In this document: positions 58,043 to 64,000 of the stretch, one piece after another
Numbering within the stretch: the stretch's first letter is position 1
Layout of the letters: the number at the start of each line of letters is the position of its first letter
Source of the DNA: Candidatus Poribacteria bacterium
GTDB lineage: Bacteria; Poribacteria; WGA-4E; WGA-3G
DNA: 64,000 nucleotides
Reading direction: 5' to 3'
Assembly: GCA_965215265.1 (NCBI GenBank)
Contig: OZ244048.1
Location: 1,120,001-1,184,000 of the forward strand
Notes under the pieces: generated by a model
What the model saw: only the letters and a program-made list of their open reading frames with translations
The model's database searches: none
Told to the model about the DNA's origin: nothing
Made by a program: the position numbers and the translations under genes

Positions 58043-59467
58043 TTAGCCGACAGACCCTTCCATCTGAAGTTGAATGAGCCGGTTCATTTCAATTGCGTAT
58101 TCCATTGGCAATTCCTTTACAAGAGGTTCAATGAAACCGTTCACAATCATTGTAGAGGCTTCCTCTTCGGACAGTCCACGGCTCATCAGGTAGAAGAGCT
58201 GCTCCTCACCGATTTTGCTAACGCGTGCCTCGTGCTCAATGGTTGTATCGTTCTCACTGATTTCGATCACCGGGTAGGTATCGGAACGCGACTCCTTGTC
58301 CAGAATGAGGGCATCGCATACAACATGGGATTTGCAGCCCTTCGCGCCTTTCGCAACGTCAACCCAACCGCGGTAACTTGAACGTCCGCCATCTTTGCTG
58401 ATAGATTTTGAAGTAATCTGTGATGTCGTTTGCGGGGCACAATGGTAAACCTTGGCACCGGCATCTTGATGCTGCCCTTTGCTCGCAAACGCAATTGACA
58501 GAATCTCGCCGCGTGCCCCCGGCTCCATCATATATACACTGGGGTATTTCATGGTCAGCTTACTGCCGAGGTTGCCATCAACCCATTCCATCTGTGCGTC
58601 TTCATAAGCCATCGCACGCTTCGTAACGAGATTATAGACGTTGCCCGCCCAATTCTGGATAGTGGTATACCGGACACGCGAACCCTTCATGCAGACAATT
58701 TCAACAACCGCACTGTGCAGTGATTCACTGCTGTATGTCGGTGCTGTGCAACCTTCAACGTAGTGAACTTGTGAGCCTTCGTCAGCGATAATGAGCGTTC
58801 GTTCAAACTGCCCCATGTTCTCGCTGTTAATACGGAAGTATGCCTGAAGCGGGTACTCCACTTTAACGCCCGGTGGGACGTAGACGAAGCTTCCACCGCT
58901 CCACACTGCACTGTTCAGTGCCGCGAATTGGTTATCTGCCGAAGGGATAATCGTCCCGAAGTACTTTTTCACCAAATCCGGATACTCTTTGACTGCAGTA
59001 TCTGTATCGAGGAAAACCACCCCGATTTTGTCCAATTCCTCAACGATGTTATGGTAGACCACCTCGGAGTCGTACTGCGCCCCAACACCGGCGAGGAACT
59101 TCCGTTCGGCTTCTGGAATGCCTAGGCGGTCAAAAGTCTTCTTGATATCTTCAGGGACATCTTCCCAACTTCTTTCACTCCGGTCGGATGCTTTAACGTA
59201 GTAGTAGATATCGTCAAAGTCGAGCTGCGACAAGTCACCGCCCCATTTCGTCATCGGTTTCTGCTTGAAAATCTGGTATGCTTTCAGTCGATACTCGCGC
59301 ATCCAATCTGGTTCACCTTTGATGTCGCACATCTGGTTGATGACTTCCTCGTCTAACCCTTTGCGTGATTTAAAGGTGGGCTTTACATTGTCATGGAAAC
59401 CGTATTTATACTCTTTACTCAGTCCAAGTTCGTCAACTGGGTTCGTTTCATGAGTTGCCATTTTCAA
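58043..59467 (-). CDS. sufB: Fe-S cluster assembly protein SufB
   Basis: [50 protein letters not shown]. Confidence 0.97.
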   Translation of the reverse strand: MKMATHETNPVDELGLSKEYKYGFHDNVKPTFKSRKGLDEEVINQMCDIKGEPDWMREYRLKAYQIFKQKPMTKWGGDLSQLDFDDIYYYVKASDRSERSWEDVPEDIKKTFDRLGIPEAERKFLAGVGAQYDSEVVYHNIVEELDKIGVVFLDTDTAVKEYPDLVKKYFGTIIPSADNQFAALNSAVWSGGSFVYVPPGVKVEYPLQAYFRINSENMGQFERTLIIADEGSQVHYVEGCTAPTYSSESLHSAVVEIVCMKGSRVRYTTIQNWAGNVYNLVTKRAMAYEDAQMEWVDGNLGSKLTMKYPSVYMMEPGARGEILSIAFASKGQHQDAGAKVYHCAPQTTSQITSKSISKDGGRSSYRGWVDVAKGAKGCKSHVVCDALILDKESRSDTYPVIEISENDTTIEHEARVSKIGEEQLFYLMSRGLSEEEASTMIVNGFIEPLVKELPMEYAIEMNRLIQLQMEGSVG

Positions 59468-59485
59468 TTTTCCTCCTTTGCGATT

Positions 59486-60268
59486 TTATTCTTCAGCAAT
59501 GCCATGCTTTTCCCGAATCGGATCATATCCTTCTGCTTCTAGTAACTGGGTCAGTTCCCAGCCGCCCGATTCAACAATTCTGCCGTCAAGCAAAATATGC
59601 ACAAACTGCGGACGGATGTAATCTAGCAGCCGCGGATAGTGTGTAATAATTAGAACGCCTAACTCAGGTCCGATGAGCTGGTTCACGCTCTCTCCAACGA
59701 TTCGAACAGCGTCGATATCCAAGCCGGAGTCTGTCTCATCAAGGATAGCAATCTTCGGTTCCAGCATTGCGAGTTGAAGAATCTCTGCCCGCTTTTTCTC
59801 ACCCCCGGAGAACCCGTCATTGAGGTAACGCCGTGCAAACGATTCATCAACACCGAGTTGTTTCATTTTTCCCCGAAGTTCATTCCGAAATTCCCGCATC
59901 GGAATTAATTCGTTTTTCTGCGTACCATTCCCCTTCGCACGAACTGTACTCACCGCCAGACGCAAGAAATTAGCGAGTGTCACACCCGGAATCGCCGTTG
60001 GGTACTGGAATGCTAAGAATAGACCTAGTTTCGCACGTTCATTCGCATCTAAGTCTAAAATGTTGACACCTTCAAAAATCACTTCACCCGCATCAACATT
60101 GTAGAGCGGATGCCCCATTAACCCATTCGCAAGAGTACTTTTACCGGAACCGTTCGGTCCCATCAAAGCGTGAATCTCACCTGGTTTCACAGTCAGATTC
60201 AGGCCTTTGATAATCGGTTTATCTTGAACACTGATGCGTAAATCTTTAATTACTAACGCATTGCTCAT
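59486..60268 (-). CDS. sufC: Fe-S cluster assembly ATPase SufC
   Basis: MGPNGSGKST, LFLAFQYP, FSGGEKKR, LDETDSGLDIDA; GGAG RBS before MSNAL. Confidence 0.96.
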   Translation of the reverse strand: MSNALVIKDLRISVQDKPIIKGLNLTVKPGEIHALMGPNGSGKSTLANGLMGHPLYNVDAGEVIFEGVNILDLDANERAKLGLFLAFQYPTAIPGVTLANFLRLAVSTVRAKGNGTQKNELIPMREFRNELRGKMKQLGVDESFARRYLNDGFSGGEKKRAEILQLAMLEPKIAILDETDSGLDIDAVRIVGESVNQLIGPELGVLIITHYPRLLDYIRPQFVHILLDGRIVESGGWELTQLLEAEGYDPIREKHGIAEE

Positions 60269-60367
60269 TTTTTTATTTTTCTGCTCCTTATTTGTTTCTG
60301 TTTTTAATGACGGCTCGCAAAGCATGCCGTCTGGCAAGCCGATCCAGCCGTAGTTTCACCTGTCCCT

Positions 60368-61363
60368 TTATCCACCGATCCGTGACATATTCCGTTCCGG
60401 TTTTATAAAATCGGCAGCGTTAATTTTATGCCCGGCTTCTTTCTGTGAGACTGCGTCACTGATCAACTCTGCAATCGTGGAATCTGATGCACCTTCCCGT
60501 AGCGGTGTAAGTAGATCTGTCTCGGTCAGCGAAAACAGACACGTCCGGAACTTCCCATCGGCTGTTAAACGGACCCGGTTACAGTTTTGACAAAACGGTT
60601 CACTCACCGATGGGATGATGCCTATCTCAGTGCTGTTATCCACAAACCGGTAACGTTTCGCCGTATCGCTTTTTGAATCCCCGTTGAGTGCAACCGGCTC
60701 TAACGGGTAGATGGCATTAATTTTTCCGATAATCTCTTTCCCCGGAATAAACATATTCCGTCCCCAAATATCGTCTGCGTCAAGTGGCATGAATTCTATG
60801 AAACGCATTTGATACGCGTTGTCACGTGCAAAGGTTGCTAAATCAACAATTTCATCGTCTGTGAAGCCGCGCATTGCTACAGCGTTCACCTTAATCGGGT
60901 TAAAACCGCACTGCTGTGCCGCTTTTAAGCCCGCTATAACACGCGACAGAACCTTCCGACGCGTCATCTGCTCAAACTTCTCCTCGTTCAGTGTATCTAA
61001 ACTGACATTAATCCGTCGGAGCCCCGCATCGTAAAGTGCCGATGCCTGCGTAATCAAGCCGATTCCGTTCGTTGTCAAGCTAATCTCCCGTAACCCATCG
61101 ATTTTTACTAACTCTTTGATTAGTTCCGGCACACCGGGTCGGACCAAAGGTTCACCGCCGGTGATACGAATTTTATTTATCCCCAATCCAGCGAAAATTC
61201 GAGTTAGATGATGAATCTCGTCAAACGTCATCAAGGCAGTGTCAGGCATGAACACCATATCTTCAGGCATACAGTAGATGCACCGAAAATTGCAAACATC
61301 AGTGACGGAGATTCTGAGGTTCGTATGGATACGTCCAAAACGGTCTAGCAGCTGCTTTTTCAT
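60368..61363 (-). CDS. moaA: GTP 3',8-cyclase
   Basis: LRISVTDVCNFRCIYCM, RITGGEPL, FCQNCNRVRLT..G..CL, C-terminal MSRIGG. Confidence 0.96.
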   Translation of the reverse strand: MKKQLLDRFGRIHTNLRISVTDVCNFRCIYCMPEDMVFMPDTALMTFDEIHHLTRIFAGLGINKIRITGGEPLVRPGVPELIKELVKIDGLREISLTTNGIGLITQASALYDAGLRRINVSLDTLNEEKFEQMTRRKVLSRVIAGLKAAQQCGFNPIKVNAVAMRGFTDDEIVDLATFARDNAYQMRFIEFMPLDADDIWGRNMFIPGKEIIGKINAIYPLEPVALNGDSKSDTAKRYRFVDNSTEIGIIPSVSEPFCQNCNRVRLTADGKFRTCLFSLTETDLLTPLREGASDSTIAELISDAVSQKEAGHKINAADFIKPERNMSRIGG

Positions 61364-61476
61364 CTTTTACTTCAGAAAATGTCAGAGCGGAACACCATAA
61401 CCGCGCTATTCTACACGAATAGATCCGGCAAAACCGTAAAAACATAAAAAATAGATAGACTTAATTCTACTTATAT

Positions 61477-61505
61477 AGTATACCACATCTTTATCTTTTT
61501 TGCAA
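61477..61505 (-). promoter_or_regulatory. Promoter of the moaA-suf operon
   Basis: Minus strand TTGCAA, 17 nt, TGn-TATACT. Confidence 0.6.
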
Positions 61506-61615
61506 GTTTTCTATAGTAAAAACTTTAAAAAAGATTTTTTCTATTTTTAAACGGATAAGGTTATTTCGGAATATTTGCTAAAGACTAAATTACCCGCGGG
61601 CTCAGAAATTTTCTG

Positions 61616-61644
61616 TTGACATAGTTTAAGTTTTTAGGTATAAT
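61616..61644 (+). promoter_or_regulatory. Perfect consensus sigma70 promoter
   Basis: TTGACA (61616-61621), 17 nt, TATAAT (61639-61644). Confidence 0.85.
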
Positions 61645-61683
61645 GGTTATACATATCCTAAAAATAAATACGGAGACAAAACG

Positions 61684-62052
61684 ATGGATGAAAAAGTGTT
61701 CCACGTCGGCGGAGTTGAGCTCCGTGTAGATAAACGAACTTTCGGATCGGATGGCGGCCCTTCTGTGCGTGTTTATGGAGAAGCAGCTGGAGAAAGTGTC
61801 CAACTCCTACGGTTTGACTGCTTTCGCAAGGACCCACATTACCACTACGATCCCTCTGGAAAGAACGACCAGCGGCACCTCGATAAAGCCAGTGTGCCGG
61901 ATTCGGTCGCTTGGACGATTGAACAACTCGGACAAAACCTCGCGGAGATGATTCATACTGCAGGATACGCCAGCGTCGCTGAACAGGTCGATCAGAACGC
62001 AGTTGTGCAAATACTCCCTGAAGTTGAATCGCTCATGCGAAGCGAAAACTAG
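61684..62052 (+). CDS. Conserved-looking hypothetical protein
   Basis: GGAG RBS and promoter upstream; LLRFDCFRKDPHYHYDP motif. Confidence 0.7.
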   Translation: MDEKVFHVGGVELRVDKRTFGSDGGPSVRVYGEAAGESVQLLRFDCFRKDPHYHYDPSGKNDQRHLDKASVPDSVAWTIEQLGQNLAEMIHTAGYASVAEQVDQNAVVQILPEVESLMRSEN

Positions 62053-62074
62053 GTAAACAAAGGAGAAAATCAAC

Positions 62075-62749
62075 GTGTATAGAACTATTGCTATGAGTGT
62101 ATCCGTGCTCACGCTATTCATTGGATTCAGTGCTTTCGCGGGAACCCCTCAGGAGTGGGGAAAATGGAAGAAAGGTGAGTTACTTCTCGAAAACCATAGC
62201 TTTGAGGATGATTTAGCAGGCGGATGGGAATTAGAGGACGGTGCGTGTTGTAATCGTGGTGGACTCTATACCATGGAAATTGACAAGACAAACCCACAAC
62301 ACGGAAAAAAATCGCTCAAGGTCATCGGACACAAAGCAACCGGCACGGCTTGGCACGCAAAAGTCAAGCAACTGGATGTCTCCATGGAGGCAGGCGAGGA
62401 ATATACCATCATTTTTTGGGCTCGTTCCGAAAAAGCCCGGATCGTCGCCATTAGTGTACAGATGCAACACGACCCTTGGACCTTCTACCAAGGTGGTGAA
62501 ATCAATTTGCTAGGCCCAGAGTGGGAAGAATATCACATTACTTTCAACTCAACTGCCGATGTAGAGCGCGATATGTGGATAGGTTTATCAATCGCACAAT
62601 CGGATGTCGATTTTTGGATCGATAACTTCCGCTTCTTTGAAGGCGAACCCGACGACGACTTAACGCGCGATGAACCGTTTGCTGTTGACCCCAGCGATAA
62701 ATTGGCAACACAATGGGGAGATATTAAATCTGATGCTATAGGTAGGTAA
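62075..62749 (+). CDS. Secreted carbohydrate-binding-module (CBM4/9-like) protein with Poribacteria-type C-terminal motif
   Basis: Signal peptide; LLENHSFE, YTIIFWARS, WEEYHITF, FWIDNFRF; ends AVDPSDKLATQWGDIK. Confidence 0.8.
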   Translation: MYRTIAMSVSVLTLFIGFSAFAGTPQEWGKWKKGELLLENHSFEDDLAGGWELEDGACCNRGGLYTMEIDKTNPQHGKKSLKVIGHKATGTAWHAKVKQLDVSMEAGEEYTIIFWARSEKARIVAISVQMQHDPWTFYQGGEINLLGPEWEEYHITFNSTADVERDMWIGLSIAQSDVDFWIDNFRFFEGEPDDDLTRDEPFAVDPSDKLATQWGDIKSDAIGR

Positions 62750-62756
62750 AGGAGTG

Positions 62757-62787
62757 TATAGGTGTATACCGGAAGTATACACCTATA
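62757..62787 (+). terminator. Hairpin after the CBM gene, probable terminator
   Basis: tataggtgtatac-cggaa-gtatacacctata followed by tttgtt. Confidence 0.6.
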
Positions 62788-62981
62788 TTTGTTAGTTCGG
62801 GTGCACGCTACCTACATAGTCCTTTCAATTCGCGAAACTGACTCCTCTCCTCAATTCCGTTTCTGAATACAATAATCCGATTGCTACTTGTTTATCTCTT
62901 GTTATTAGAAGTGCCCAAGCAATTTGAGGTCTTTGTGAAGAGTTTAACAATGAACATAGATTGTCCAAACTTTAGTAATTT

Positions 62982-63833
62982 TCAGGAATTCGCCGCGAAG
63001 AGTTCAAGATACGTTTTCGTTTTTGTCTCAAACTTCTCTGCAAGTTGGAGGTTAAGCATCTTATCAAAATGTTGAGCCTCACGGAAAAAAGACGTTGTTG
63101 CTGCTTTCACCGCATTCATAATATCAATCCTTCTCAAACCCGGCACCAATGTTTGTTCAATATTCCTTAAAAAATCTTCCGACATCTGATCCACGTGTCG
63201 AAAACGCTTAGTTTCCAATCTGTCGCGTAGTCCACGTAGTTCAATTGTTTGGTTCCTAATCTGTTCAAGTTCGTATATAGCTCTCCAAGGTTGCTGGCGT
63301 TGAGCGGCAATAATAGCGTGTCTGATATAGTGCAAGATTACGCTGAGTCTGGAACGATAGACTTCTTCCAGATTTGGCCCTGGTCTGTTCTTCCAGCTTG
63401 CCTGCATAATGCTCTCAATCCTTCCTGAACGATCGAATACAGTTTTCCAACGTTTTCTTTTCGCGTGGAGCTCATCTAAAGAGAGGAAACAGAGATCAAT
63501 TTCCAGAAAGTTCTCAAGGAGAAAAACCCAAAGATAGACGTTAACTGCTCTGACAGACTCAAGCGAATGAAATATGGGTAGCATTTCACGAATCTTTACA
63601 CCCCATTCTTGGAAAGCAGGTCTGACATCGTCAGCCAAGGTTGTAACTGCACATAAATCTATATCGGAGTAAACATCCTCAAAACCTTCTGCACCAGATC
63701 CGACAACCACGAGCCCCGCGACACGATTATCATTTCGTAGGGCAGCTACGAGACGATTAAGGATTTCATCGCGTTCGATAGGTGAAAAATGAGGGAAGTG
63801 CTCGATGCCTGCTTGATACGTACGTTCTGTCAT
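62982..63833 (-). CDS. Pol-beta-type nucleotidyltransferase (aminoglycoside/lincosamide NTase-like architecture)
   Basis: VVVGSGAEGFEDVYSDIDL (GS..DxD), EIDL, VFDRSG, helical C-terminal domain. Confidence 0.78.
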   Translation of the reverse strand: MTERTYQAGIEHFPHFSPIERDEILNRLVAALRNDNRVAGLVVVGSGAEGFEDVYSDIDLCAVTTLADDVRPAFQEWGVKIREMLPIFHSLESVRAVNVYLWVFLLENFLEIDLCFLSLDELHAKRKRWKTVFDRSGRIESIMQASWKNRPGPNLEEVYRSRLSVILHYIRHAIIAAQRQQPWRAIYELEQIRNQTIELRGLRDRLETKRFRHVDQMSEDFLRNIEQTLVPGLRRIDIMNAVKAATTSFFREAQHFDKMLNLQLAEKFETKTKTYLELFAANS

Positions 63834-64000
63834 AGTATTCCTGAATTTGCGAATTTTGGTTAAAGAATAGCGCGAGAACTGGTTGAATCCTCATCCTCTT
63901 CCAGCTGTACCGTCAAAAATTAAAACAGAGTTGTTTTCAATAGATGCGCGACTTTGATGAACACAATTCGTTCAGTCTCTCCGTCCACGTATCTATTATC

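Noticed and set aside
742-63075. Numerous short antisense or overlapping ORFs in the six-frame track
   Set aside because: They overlap well-supported genes on other frames and show no motifs or RBS support.
62982-63833. Antibiotic resistance gene or CBASS-type cyclase
   Set aside because: Only the generic GS..DxD nucleotidyltransferase motif is visible; no effector neighbours, and specificity cannot be read from the sequence.
1-64000. tRNA, rRNA, integrase or transposase genes
   Set aside because: None recognised by eye; the defence island has no visible att sites or mobility gene in this window.

Overview
Bacterial chromosomal window, probably from Candidatus Poribacteria or a relative. 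This taxon is an inference from a C-terminal 'AVDPSDKLATQWGDIK' motif, two PhyH dioxygenases, paired amidohydrolases and Gfo/Idh/MocA genes. Housekeeping content: an NtrY/NtrX-like two-component pair, pgi, a MurNAc recycling trio (serine hydrolase, namZ, anmK), purC, an ABC exporter, disA, a cyclophilin, kamA, a zinc metalloprotease and a long moaA-sufCBD-grx-sufSU-Rieske-sufT-DUF971/rhodanese operon. Two things stand out. (1) A tightly packed minus-strand operon at 42817-52339 encodes an RNAP-alpha-CTD-like miniprotein, a GNAT fused to a tRNA-guanine-transglycosylase (TGT/DpdA-like) domain, an unknown 278-aa protein, a 1324-aa P-loop ATPase/coiled coil, a small ATPase, a PglZ-like phosphoesterase and a HerA-like ATPase. 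It looks like a BREX-related defence system whose DNA-marking module is a base-exchange enzyme rather than a methyltransferase. (2) A ~64-bp covarying palindromic repeat family occurs both between genes and inserted in frame inside three protein genes (the kinase, pgi, the ABC permease), including one copy nested inside another in pgi. Also present are a second ~40-bp hairpin family, a decayed hsdS fragment, a HicB-like gene split at an A8 tract, and an orphan HsdR_N nuclease gene with a perfect consensus promoter. All calls come from motif reading; no searches were run.
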